DNA of 64,000 nucleotides from Eubacteriales bacterium (GTDB taxonomy: Bacteria; Bacillota; Clostridia; Oscillospirales; CAG-272), in assembly GCA_045542075.1 (NCBI GenBank), contig JAZQKI010000023.1, positions 18,727 to 82,726 of the forward strand, given 5' to 3'. Below are positions 29,796 through 38,766 of the stretch, piece after piece (position 1 is the stretch's first letter; the number at the start of each line of letters is the position of its first letter). The translations under genes were made by a program, and so were the position numbers. The notes beneath the pieces were generated by a model that was not told the DNA's origin, did not search any database, and saw nothing but the letters and a program-made list of their open reading frames with translations.

Positions 29796-30755
29796 TTAAA
29801 GTGTATTCGAAGATCCAAGAACGTTCTTGATCTTATGCTGAACCATCTTCTTAACTTCTTCTCTACCCACCTTGAGATACTCACGGGGATCAAATGCCTC
29901 GGGCTTATTTGTGAGCACGCGGCGGATACCTGCGGTCATAGCGAGACGGATATCGGAGTCGATATTGATCTTACAAACAGCCATCTTAGCTGCGCGACGG
30001 AGCTGCTCCTCGGGGATACCAACTGCGTCGGGAAGCTTACCACCGATAGAATTTATCTCGGAAACGCATTCGTGAGCAACGCTGGACGCGCCGTGGAGAA
30101 CGATCGGGAACTCGGGAAGACGCTTGCCGACCTCCTCAAGAATATCAAAGCGGAGCGGAGGGGGAACGAGAACGCCGTTCTCATTTCTCGTGCACTGCTT
30201 TGCGGTGAACTTGTACGCGCCGTGGGATGTACCGATAGAGATAGCGAGAGAGTCAACGCCCGTACGTGAAACGAACTCCTCAACCTCCTCGGGACGAGTG
30301 TAAGAGGAATGCTCTGCGACAACGTCATCTTCAACACCCGCGAGAACGCCAAGCTCGCCCTCAACTACCGCGCCGTGAGCGTGAGCATACTCAACGACCT
30401 TCTTTGTGAGCGCGATGTTGTCCTCAAAGGAGTGGTGGGAGCCGTCGATCATAACGGATGTAAAGCCGCCGTCGATACAGGACTTGCAGATCTCAAAGTC
30501 TGCGCCGTGGTCAAGGTGAAGCGCAAGGTCTATTCCGCTGTCCTTAACTGCCGCGTTTGCGAGAGCCATGAGGTATTCGTGCTTTGCGTACTTGCGCGCG
30601 CCCGCAGATACCTGAAGGATAACGGGAGACTGCTCCTCAGCAGCCGCCTCGGTTATAGCCTGGATTATTTCCATATTGTTGATGTTGAATGCGCCTATCG
30701 CGTATCCGCCTGCGTAGGCCTTTTTGAACATTTCTTTAGTAGTTACGAGTGCCAT
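29796..30755 (-). CDS. fba: Class II fructose-1,6-bisphosphate aldolase
   Basis: GAFNINN.E, ALHLDHG, SVMIDGS, GTSHGAYK, IVLHGAS, KINIDSD. Confidence 0.97.
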   Translation of the reverse strand: MALVTTKEMFKKAYAGGYAIGAFNINNMEIIQAITEAAAEEQSPVILQVSAGARKYAKHEYLMALANAAVKDSGIDLALHLDHGADFEICKSCIDGGFTSVMIDGSHHSFEDNIALTKKVVEYAHAHGAVVEGELGVLAGVEDDVVAEHSSYTRPEEVEEFVSRTGVDSLAISIGTSHGAYKFTAKQCTRNENGVLVPPPLRFDILEEVGKRLPEFPIVLHGASSVAHECVSEINSIGGKLPDAVGIPEEQLRRAAKMAVCKINIDSDIRLAMTAGIRRVLTNKPEAFDPREYLKVGREEVKKMVQHKIKNVLGSSNTL

Positions 30756-30858
30756 ACTAAAATTCCTTTCAAAAGAATAAGTTTTTTAACAATTTATTTT
30801 ATCACATCTTTTGAAAAAAATCAAGTACTCTTTTCAGTTTTCTTTGTTTCCGAACAAA

Positions 30859-31353
30859 TTAAAATGTCTTGTTTTTTCCGTTTTCCTGCGCTATATCCGA
30901 CACCGCTCGGCCCTCATCCTGCAAAGCAGCCGCAGGGGACGCAAGCTCCGCCCGATCCGGTGCTTGCGCAGCGGACGTCTGCAATGGCGATGTATGAGCC
31001 ACGCCCGCAAGATTGAGACTGACCGCGATCGCGTTATCCACCTCGCTCATTTTAGCGGGGCTGAGATGCCCCGCCTTTTCCTTGAGTCGGCGCTTGTCGA
31101 GAGTCCGTATCTGTTCAAGCAGTATGACGGAGTCCTTTATAAGTCCCGTAGCCTCCGCGTATATGTCGATATGTGTGGGGAGCTTTGCCTTGCCTGTTTT
31201 TGATGTAATTGCGGCGGCAATCACCGTTGGGCTGTATTTGTTGCCTACGTCGTTTTGAATTATCAGAACGGGGCGGAGTCCACCCTGCTCGGAGCCTATA
31301 ACGGGGCTCAGATCGGCGTAAAATATGTCCCCTCTTTTTATGCTCGGTATCAT
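30859..31353 (-). CDS. mazF: MazF/NdoA(EndoA)-family endoribonuclease with C-terminal extension
   Basis: [53 protein letters not shown]. Confidence 0.93.
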   Translation of the reverse strand: MIPSIKRGDIFYADLSPVIGSEQGGLRPVLIIQNDVGNKYSPTVIAAAITSKTGKAKLPTHIDIYAEATGLIKDSVILLEQIRTLDKRRLKEKAGHLSPAKMSEVDNAIAVSLNLAGVAHTSPLQTSAAQAPDRAELASPAAALQDEGRAVSDIAQENGKNKTF

Positions 31354-31464
31354 TTTCTCGCTTCCTTCTTTCAGAATTTGTATTTTGATTTTTGACTCAA
31401 ATACATACCCTTAAACAAAAAACGGAAAATTTTGTTTTGCTTAAAAGCTTGCAAGCTGCGCAAA

Positions 31465-32244
31465 CTAAAAATATCCCTTACGGAACACACGCGGAAGAAA
31501 TATCGGAAACAGTGAAAGAAGCCCTGCTGCCGTTTCAAAACAAAGCAAAGCGGCAAGCAGCTTTCGAAAGAAACCGCCCTTTTGGCTTTGCGGCGGACCT
31601 GTGTCGGACGGATACTCTGACACGGACTCTGTATTTTCGGCAATCTCCTCCGTGGGTCGTTCCGCGGAGGGATGACTCTGCTCCGATGATGAAGGCGACT
31701 CTGTCGGATGTTCGACAAAGCTATCTGTGGGTAGCTCCGACAAGTCCGGGTCAATGCGCAAGCCTGAAAGTAGAATGTTTTGAGATAATATCCTGTTATC
31801 CTCAAAATATACAGCCGAAGACTTTGTGGGCAGAGACAATATAAACTCGATTTCTCCGTCATAACCATCGAGCGGCAAAAAGCACAAGGTCGCGATCCTG
31901 CCGCCGATCTCCGAATTTTCCTCGCCCCAGAGCAGCAGTCGAATTCTGCCCTCTCCGAGCGAGCAATCAAATTCAAGAGATTTCAGCGCATCCCCGCGCT
32001 CACATGAGCAGATCATTGTTTTTGCGGGGTCGTAGGTTATGTCAAGCTCCAAGCCGCAAAGCATGGATCCTTGCGGTGAAAACATTATTTTCAATATAAA
32101 AATGCCCGAGCTATCATCCATTGCGCCCTCAAGATAAATTCGCGGCTGTATGTCCTGCGCGCGGATACAGATCAGTCGCGAGGATATAAGAATAGGTAAA
32201 ATCAGCGCAAAAAGAAAAAAGACGGCTTTTTTGCATTTGCTCAC
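31465..32244 (-). CDS. Secreted/membrane protein with cohesin-like beta domain, P/S/E/T linker and C-terminal hydrophobic anchor
   Basis: GGAGG then GTG 32244. Signal-like N-terminus and the cohesin-like pattern GLELDITYDP...G.IATLCF. Confidence 0.6.
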   Translation of the reverse strand: MSKCKKAVFFLFALILPILISSRLICIRAQDIQPRIYLEGAMDDSSGIFILKIMFSPQGSMLCGLELDITYDPAKTMICSCERGDALKSLEFDCSLGEGRIRLLLWGEENSEIGGRIATLCFLPLDGYDGEIEFILSLPTKSSAVYFEDNRILSQNILLSGLRIDPDLSELPTDSFVEHPTESPSSSEQSHPSAERPTEEIAENTESVSEYPSDTGPPQSQKGGFFRKLLAALLCFETAAGLLSLFPIFLPRVFRKGYF

Positions 32245-32384
32245 GGCGTCCTCCTTTTTTGTGTGAAGCATTGATGATAAAATATATTTTTTACGTCGCG
32301 AGCTTATGCGGATATTTTTCGGACTTCGGGGCAAACTAAAATTGGGGACTTCCCTATTAAAGCATAAATTTATTGGAGATAAAT

Positions 32385-32675
32385 ATGAAAAACAAGACAT
32401 CAACATTTATCGCGCTTGTATTGGCATGTGTCCTTTGTTCCTTCTGTCTTTCTTCCTGCGGAGGAAACAACACAGACGGAAACAACGAAAAGGACTCAAC
32501 ACCCAATTCCACAGAAAAAGCGCCGACATCTCCTTCCGAGATAATGTCAGAGGTAGTTGACGATATAACTCCCGATCCCAAGAACGGCAGAACGGTCGAC
32601 GAGAACTCTGACGAATACACTGCCGACGAAAAGGACGGCCACGGCTTTATGTCGGACATGTTTGGCGGAAAATAA
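32385..32675 (+). CDS. Small acidic, disordered lipoprotein
   Basis: GGAG RBS, lipobox LSSC, and its own terminator GGGGCTGA-TC-TCAGCCCC-T. Confidence 0.75.
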   Translation: MKNKTSTFIALVLACVLCSFCLSSCGGNNTDGNNEKDSTPNSTEKAPTSPSEIMSEVVDDITPDPKNGRTVDENSDEYTADEKDGHGFMSDMFGGK

Positions 32676-32748
32676 GTTTTAGGGGCTGATCTCAGCCCCT
32701 TTTTTATAAAAGAGCGACAGGCAAATTGCCTGTCGCAAAGCTTTTTTA

Positions 32749-33513
32749 TTAAAGAGTTGAACCAAAGTCGGTGACAATTGTCTGTCCCGTAATTGCTCTT
32801 GACTCGTCGGATGCGAAGAACAAAAGCATATTTGCCACGTCGTCAGGCATGCAGGGCTGTACCTTGAGGTCGTTGTGCTTCATCATCTGTCCAAAGATGT
32901 TCATATCCATATTGGCAGGGCTCATTCCCGCAACCATAGGAGTCACGATGGTGCCGGGACAAAGCGCGTTACAACGCACGTTTGTTCCTACAAAGCGGAG
33001 CGCGGTATGACGTGTAAGTCCGATAACCGCCGCCTTGGACGCAACGTATGCCGCGCCGCCGCAGCCCATAACACCCGCAACAGACGCCACGTTAACGATA
33101 GAGCCATAACCCGTCTTTGCCATCTCTGCGGTTATCTCTCGCATCATACACATAGTTCCCTTTGTGTTGATGTCAATAACGCGGTTCATATCCTCATCGG
33201 TGAAGCTGTCGATAGCCTTAAGTCCCTCGTCAAGAACGCCCGCGTTGTTGATAAGAATATCAACCTTGCCAAATGCCTTGAGTGTTTCGTCAAGCACCTT
33301 TTTTGCGTCCTCTGCCTTGGAGATGTCGCTGACAACGGGGAGAACCTCGCCACCTGCCGCGCGTATTTTCTCCGCAACCTCAAGCAGAGGTGCTTCGCGG
33401 CGTGCGGTGATGACCACCTTTGCGCCCTCCGCGGCAAACTTTACCGCAGTTGCCGCTCCTACACCGGAGTTTCCGCCGGTAATAATTGCTACTTTTCCAT
33501 TCAAACGGTTCAT
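32749..33513 (-). CDS. Short-chain dehydrogenase/reductase (SDR)
   Basis: TGGNSGVG, NNAG, YVASK, PGTIVT. Confidence 0.95.
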   Translation of the reverse strand: MNRLNGKVAIITGGNSGVGAATAVKFAAEGAKVVITARREAPLLEVAEKIRAAGGEVLPVVSDISKAEDAKKVLDETLKAFGKVDILINNAGVLDEGLKAIDSFTDEDMNRVIDINTKGTMCMMREITAEMAKTGYGSIVNVASVAGVMGCGGAAYVASKAAVIGLTRHTALRFVGTNVRCNALCPGTIVTPMVAGMSPANMDMNIFGQMMKHNDLKVQPCMPDDVANMLLFFASDESRAITGQTIVTDFGSTL

Positions 33514-33613
33514 AATTATTATCCTCCTAAATTTTTTCGTTATATATATTATAACATAAAATCAAAATAAATACAAGGGGTTAAAAAAGCGGGAAATAAA
33601 TCCCGCTTTTTGC

Positions 33614-34441
33614 CTATACAAACCTCTGTGCGTAGCCGCATCTGCGACAAAGCTCCTCGGTGGCAACTCCGCGGCTAAAGCCGCATACCATAGCCTTGGC
33701 GCGCTCGGAGTTAAGAATATCATTTATATCGTCAGTGAATATGTTGCCGAGATTTATCACGCCGTCGCTGTCAAGACAGCACGGCACTATAGTTCCGTCG
33801 GCGAGAATGCCGAATTGGTCGCGGAGCCCGTAGCAAAAGAACTTATTTCCCTTTACATCCGCCTGACTGTCGGGCCACTCAAAGCGTTCTCCCCATTCAA
33901 GAAATATCTTGTTTTTTATTCTGATGCCGCGCGTGTTCTCTGCCCACTCGCCGTCTATATTTTGGCGGAGCAGAGTCATCGCCATCTCATTTCTGCCACC
34001 GTCAAAGCCTTTGTTCCACAAGCGGAAAACAACTATTACTCCCATCTTCGCAGCAGCCTTTGCAAAGTCGCAAAGTCCATTTACATAAGCCTCGTAGCTC
34101 TCGTCCGTGCCGTCCTCAAAGCTGTGCAAGGAGATGTTGACCTTGTGCAGCCACGCGCTCAAAAGCTCAGCTCCGCGTCTGCCGAGAAGCGTGCCGTTTG
34201 TGGTGATAATGGACTTATATCCGCGATCCCCCGCCATCTTTATGAACTCGGGCAGCTGCGGATGAGTCAGCGGCTCGCCCATCAGGTGATAATATATGTA
34301 TTTAGTCTTGTCCGTCAGCTTGTCGAGAATTTGCGAGAACTCGTCCGCGCTCATTCTCCGCCCATCCCGCTTGTGCCCGTGACAAAAGGAGCAGCTCATA
34401 TTGCAAATATTAGTTATCTCTACGTAGACCTTGCTGTACAT
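33614..34441 (-). CDS. Radical SAM protein with SPASM/twitch-type C-terminus
   Basis: CNMSCSFC, GEPL.HP, C..L....GILADG..VPCC.D...CRRC. Confidence 0.9.
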   Translation of the reverse strand: MYSKVYVEITNICNMSCSFCHGHKRDGRRMSADEFSQILDKLTDKTKYIYYHLMGEPLTHPQLPEFIKMAGDRGYKSIITTNGTLLGRRGAELLSAWLHKVNISLHSFEDGTDESYEAYVNGLCDFAKAAAKMGVIVVFRLWNKGFDGGRNEMAMTLLRQNIDGEWAENTRGIRIKNKIFLEWGERFEWPDSQADVKGNKFFCYGLRDQFGILADGTIVPCCLDSDGVINLGNIFTDDINDILNSERAKAMVCGFSRGVATEELCRRCGYAQRFV

Positions 34442-34517
34442 AATTGCTCCTTTCACGAAAGATTTTTATGAAATAGCCTCGCAGCTGTGCGAGGCTACTT
34501 TATGAGGATTTTGGGTA

Positions 34518-35522
34518 TTATTCCCACTCTATCGTGCCCGTAGGCTTAGGCGTAATATCGTAAAGCACGCGGTTTATTCCCTCTACCTCGCTTGTGATCC
34601 TTGCGCAGATCTTATGAAGAACTGCGTAGGGTATCTCCTCGATGGTCGCGGTCATGGCGTCCTTTGTGTTGACCGCGCGGATTATCGCGGGCCAGCCCTC
34701 GTAGCGGCTGTCGTCCTTTACGCCGACGCTCTTTATGTCGGGAATGACTACGAAATACTGCCATACCTTTTCAGCGAGTCCGTTTTTGTCAAACTCATCG
34801 CGGAGAATCGCATCTGCCTCGCGGAGCGCGTGAAGTCTGTCGCGGGTTATCGCGCCAAGACATCTGACACCAAGACCGGGGCCGGGGAATGGCTGACGAT
34901 AGACCATGCCGTGCGGGAGACCGAGCGCCTCGCCGACGACTCTGACCTCGTCCTTAAAGAGAAGCTTTACAGGCTCAACAAGCTCAAACTTGAGGTCCTC
35001 GGGAAGTCCGCCAACGTTGTGGTGTGACTTGACTGCCTTTTTGCCCTCTGCCTGCTTTACGGATTCAAGAATGTCGGGGTATATAGTTCCCTGCGCCAAA
35101 AACTCAACGCCCTCAAGCTTGCGCGCCTCGTCGGCAAACACCTCGATAAATTCCTTGCCGATTATCTTTCTCTTGCTTTCGGGGTCGGAAACGCCGCTGA
35201 GAAGGTCAAGGAAACGGTCTGTTGCGTCAACGTACACAAGGTTTGCGTCAAGAGACTTGCCGAAGATCTCAATCACCTGCTCGCTCTCACCCTTGCGCAT
35301 AAGTCCGTGATTTACGTGGACGCAGATGAGCTGCTTTCCGATAGCCTTGATAAGAAGCGCGGCTACGACGGACGAGTCAACTCCGCCCGAAAGCGCAAGC
35401 AACACCTTTTTGTCGCCGACCTGCTCTCTGATGGCAACTACCTGCTCGTCAATAAACTTGTCAGCAAGCTCTTTGTTTGTGATACGAGGCATCGTATCGG
35501 GTCTTACGTTTGGATTGTTCAT
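34518..35522 (-). CDS. guaA: GMP synthase, ATP-pyrophosphatase and dimerisation domains only (334 aa, no glutaminase domain)
   Basis: GGAGG RBS then ATG 35522. SGGVDS, LAQGTIYPD..ES, KSHHNVGG, RQPFPGPGL, DIT.KP..TIEWE. Confidence 0.93.
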   Translation of the reverse strand: MNNPNVRPDTMPRITNKELADKFIDEQVVAIREQVGDKKVLLALSGGVDSSVVAALLIKAIGKQLICVHVNHGLMRKGESEQVIEIFGKSLDANLVYVDATDRFLDLLSGVSDPESKRKIIGKEFIEVFADEARKLEGVEFLAQGTIYPDILESVKQAEGKKAVKSHHNVGGLPEDLKFELVEPVKLLFKDEVRVVGEALGLPHGMVYRQPFPGPGLGVRCLGAITRDRLHALREADAILRDEFDKNGLAEKVWQYFVVIPDIKSVGVKDDSRYEGWPAIIRAVNTKDAMTATIEEIPYAVLHKICARITSEVEGINRVLYDITPKPTGTIEWE

Positions 35523-35576
35523 GTCCTTGTCCTCCGCAAAACAGCCCTCACAGGCGTGAGATGATTTTATGTAATA

Positions 35577-35605
35577 ATTATAAACATATTTGCTTTTGTT
35601 GTCAA
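35577..35605 (-). promoter_or_regulatory. SigA-type promoter of guaA
   Basis: Minus strand TTGACA-17-TATAAT about 55 nt upstream of ATG 35522. Confidence 0.8.
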
Positions 35606-35787
35606 CAAAAAATAGCGAAAAAACATCCCGCCGAAAACAAAAATTTTTATGCGCATATTGCAGAATTTTTGTAGAAAAAATATAAAATAAGAGATTTTTC
35701 GCGTCAAAATCAAGGAATTGAAAAAATTTTGAAAAACCTATTGCAAAATTCAAAAAGGTGTGATATAATAGGAACGTTGTAAAACAC

Positions 35788-35863
35788 AGGGGTATAGCTC
35801 AGTTGGTAGAGTACCGGTCTCCAAAACCGTGGGTCGTGGGTTCGAGCCCTTCTGCCCCTGCCA
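35788..35863 (+). tRNA. tRNA-Trp(CCA)
   Basis: 76-nt cloverleaf AGGGGTA...TGCCCCT-G-CCA, anticodon loop CT-CCA-AA, TTCGA loop. Promoter TTGCAA-17-TATAAT at 35741-35769. Confidence 0.97.
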
Positions 35864-35903
35864 TAAACAAAACAGACGGCTTTTTGCCGTCTGTTTTGTT
35901 TAT
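35863..35903 (+). terminator. Perfect 18-bp hairpin directly after the tRNA
   Basis: ATAAACAAAACAGACGGC-TTTTT-GCCGTCTGTTTTGTTTAT. Confidence 0.8.
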
Positions 35904-35962
35904 AGTTGTGGTAAAAGAGGTGAAAACCCGCTTACATAGTTTGCAAGGCAAACTATGTGAAT

Positions 35963-35986
35963 GTTCGAGCCCTTCTGCCCCTGCCA
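35963..35986 (+). repeat. Exact 24-bp direct copy of the tRNA-Trp 3' end (att-like)
   Basis: GTTCGAGCCCTTCTGCCCCTGCCA, identical to 35840-35863. Confidence 0.92.
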
Positions 35987-36204
35987 AGTCTTTAGGTCGA
36001 TTTAGATCCGACCGAGAAAACCGCGCCAAGGCGCAAGAAAAGCGGAGATTTCGAAAGATTTCTCTGCTTTTTTCAACCCTAACTTTTTTCGAATTTCCAC
36101 AGATCCATTTTCGATTTTTCTTCGAGTAGAAGGATTCGAACTACCGAAAGGGTTGAAATATTTATAATTTTATGCTATAATAATCTCGGAAAGGTGGTAA
36201 TAAT

Positions 36205-37251
36205 ATGAAAAGATTATTTTCCGTTTTGTTGTGTTTTCTTATGATCATGAGTGTTGTTTCTTGTAACAACACTTCTAATACTTCTGACATCAAGGACACA
36301 ACAGATATTCAAACAAACGAAAACACACCCTCGCAAGAAAGCGATCCGTATATCGCTGTAATTGAAAAGTACAAAGAATTGCTGATTTGCAAAAAGAATA
36401 ATACAGCCATTCCCGAAGCGAGTGAAACAGACTCGGTGGCAATCAAAACGGTGCATGAGCTTGCAAAAAAATGTAGAGATCCTTTGGATATGGGATATGC
36501 CAAAAAGGATATTAACGGCGACGAAATTGAGGAACTGATTTTTACGGAAAGCACGTTAGACATTGTTGTGATTTTTACCGTTAAAAATGGTGCGGTTGTT
36601 CCCTTGATAACGCGAGAACATCTCGATTTTCTTATTTGGCTTGATGAACACGGTTTGATTCGAGCACAAGAACTTATCGTAGAAGGTCAATATATGACCG
36701 GAAGAAATTATCTTGTTTATGAGATATCCGAGGGTAATCTTAAAGAACGCATTGCAATTGGCTGTGATGCAATGAAACAAGGGGATTGGCACAAGATAGA
36801 GGATAATCAGAAAATCTCTATTTCCAAAGAAGAGTGGAGTGCGTTATATTCCCAATATGATATTTGTCCTTTTGGTTGGGACGAACGAGAGTACACGAAA
36901 AATCATGCGGACTTGACCGTTATCTCTTTACTCGAAACAGCCACGCCTGAAGTCAAAAGCTATAAGCTTACCTCGATTATCAAAAACGATCGAGTTAAGA
37001 TCTCATCTGTTTCTGCCGAAAGCGTTTCTTTTACAATGATTTATAACAAGCTTTTAGAATCGGATGAGATTTATGAAACCAAAATCACTGTTTCGGCGCT
37101 TTACACTAATGGAAAATACCTGTTTGACAATGGTGTTATAAAGGGAAGCATTGAGTTTGGACACGACAGTGTTTGGGTAAACATCGATAAAAGTACCAAT
37201 GAGCATATTGATTGTAGATCATATTTGTATGATTACGTGATAAGCAATTAA
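36205..37251 (+). CDS. Hypothetical lipoprotein (AT-rich island)
   Basis: Lipobox VVSC, a DINGD..EELI calcium-loop-like motif, and its own TTGAAA-17-TATAAT promoter. Confidence 0.8.
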   Translation: MKRLFSVLLCFLMIMSVVSCNNTSNTSDIKDTTDIQTNENTPSQESDPYIAVIEKYKELLICKKNNTAIPEASETDSVAIKTVHELAKKCRDPLDMGYAKKDINGDEIEELIFTESTLDIVVIFTVKNGAVVPLITREHLDFLIWLDEHGLIRAQELIVEGQYMTGRNYLVYEISEGNLKERIAIGCDAMKQGDWHKIEDNQKISISKEEWSALYSQYDICPFGWDEREYTKNHADLTVISLLETATPEVKSYKLTSIIKNDRVKISSVSAESVSFTMIYNKLLESDEIYETKITVSALYTNGKYLFDNGVIKGSIEFGHDSVWVNIDKSTNEHIDCRSYLYDYVISN

Positions 37252-37430
37252 AGCAAATGGATAATAAATGTTTTATATAACCGCTTACATAGATTCGTTT
37301 GCAAGCATGGCGCGAAAGCCCGATAGACCTCGGACAACTTTTTGCGCTCATCATCGCCAAGGGGTAAGTCTACCTTCACGGCGAAAATCACGGATCGATT
37401 TTGTACGGTAGCCTTATATGGATCTATTTT

Positions 37431-37496
37431 GTAAGGGTATGCCAAAAAGAATAGGGATGGCGATTGCCATCCCTATTCTTTTTGGCATAGCCATAC
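37431..37496. repeat. Long inverted repeat (24-bp perfect core, extended arms)
   Basis: TATGCCAAAAAGAATAGGGATGGC-GATT-GCCATCCCTATTCTTTTTGGCATA. Confidence 0.85.
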
Positions 37497-37656
37497 GTTC
37501 GTCGCTTTGCTCCTCACTAACCGAGTTTTGCTCCGCAAAACTTCGCGGATTTTAGGAGCCTTGCTACCAAAAATCATCTGTTGCTTTTGATAACTCCCCT
37601 TCGATTGACACAACACAAACTTCGTGATATAATGAAATCAGAAAGGCGGTGGAAAA

Positions 37657-38184
37657 ATGAAAACAGAGTCCAAAAACATATTAACGAGAGAAAACTGTAA
37701 AGTAGAGCTTATGAGGTTATCCAAAGCAAGGCTAATGCAAGACTCAGTTGTGTTGACGGTATTACTGTTGATATTTGTTCCACTTTTTCTTTTATCGATG
37801 TATTTAGCCAAATATATTTTGATTTTGGGAATTATTTTTGCTTTGATCTGTATGATTTTTCCCGCTATGCTTGTTTATAGAATTATACGAGATGTGACTT
37901 TCTCAAAAATGATCGGGCAAAATGGCTTTTCAATTGTGAAGGATACTGTTTCTCGCATATCTCTCGATGAAATTCCCAAAAGTTATGACGAAGGTCGTCG
38001 TACAGTTAACGTGATTTATTTTGCAAAGCACGGACGATGTGTCGCGCCTAAAGTAAGAACTCCCTTTGACCTTTCTGCCTCGGGCGATGAATTTTATCTT
38101 GTTGTCCTGCATAAAAAAGAAGAAATTGTCTTTGCCTATAATTCCATAATGTACAACTGTAACGAATTGGATGTAACCCAATGA
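37657..38184 (+). CDS. Hypothetical two-TM membrane protein (AT-rich island)
   Basis: Two hydrophobic helices then a soluble domain. TTGACA-17-TATAAT at 37605-37633. Confidence 0.75.
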   Translation: MKTESKNILTRENCKVELMRLSKARLMQDSVVLTVLLLIFVPLFLLSMYLAKYILILGIIFALICMIFPAMLVYRIIRDVTFSKMIGQNGFSIVKDTVSRISLDEIPKSYDEGRRTVNVIYFAKHGRCVAPKVRTPFDLSASGDEFYLVVLHKKEEIVFAYNSIMYNCNELDVTQ

Positions 38185-38285
38185 AGAATCTTACGGGGAT
38201 TCAGACTCCTTTTTGCTCGTTTAGATACATAGACCTCCTTTACAATCTCGGCGTTTCGCCTCAACACAACAAAGGAGAACATTCC

Positions 38286-38639
38286 ATGAAAAAACCCTTA
38301 AATTTAATCTCATACTCTCTTTTCACCCTCTTTTATGCGGGCTTTTTCAGCCTTGGAATGATGTGCCTGCTCAATTTTTTCGGATTGGCTTTTTCCATTT
38401 CGCTTGACGGGCCGTCTGCCATTGAAGCATTTCCGAGATTTACTTTGTTCTGTATTTTAGTCGGGCTTTTCTGTTTGATAGCGTTGGTATTCCTTGCGAT
38501 ATTGAATATAAAATTTTCCGAGAAATTGAATTACGAAAAACGCACGTGGATCATTCAATCGGTATGCGCCCTCGTGCTTTCCGTTCCCTTGCTTAAGGTA
38601 TGGGAGCTGTTGTTTGATTTTATTCAAAAAGCGGTATGA
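38286..38639 (+). CDS. Hypothetical three-TM membrane protein
   Basis: AAGGAG RBS before ATG 38286, hydrophobic throughout, terminator at about 38643-38669. Confidence 0.7.
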   Translation: MKKPLNLISYSLFTLFYAGFFSLGMMCLLNFFGLAFSISLDGPSAIEAFPRFTLFCILVGLFCLIALVFLAILNIKFSEKLNYEKRTWIIQSVCALVLSVPLLKVWELLFDFIQKAV

Positions 38640-38766
38640 TTTTACCCCGCCGAGACAACTCGGCGGGGTTATATTATATCCTGATTTATTAATTGACACC
38701 CCACAAAATACGTGCTATAATAAACACAGAAAAATTCCGTCTGTCGGGCGAGGAAGGAGGACTTAT

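Noticed and set aside
35523-35753. N-terminal extension of guaA in the ORF track as a GATase remnant
   Set aside because: AT-rich promoter DNA with no GATase motifs. The RBS and promoter support a start at 35522.
35840-35986. CRISPR array or intact integrative element at tRNA-Trp
   Set aside because: There are only two direct copies, derived from the tRNA, with no spacer series, cas gene or integrase.
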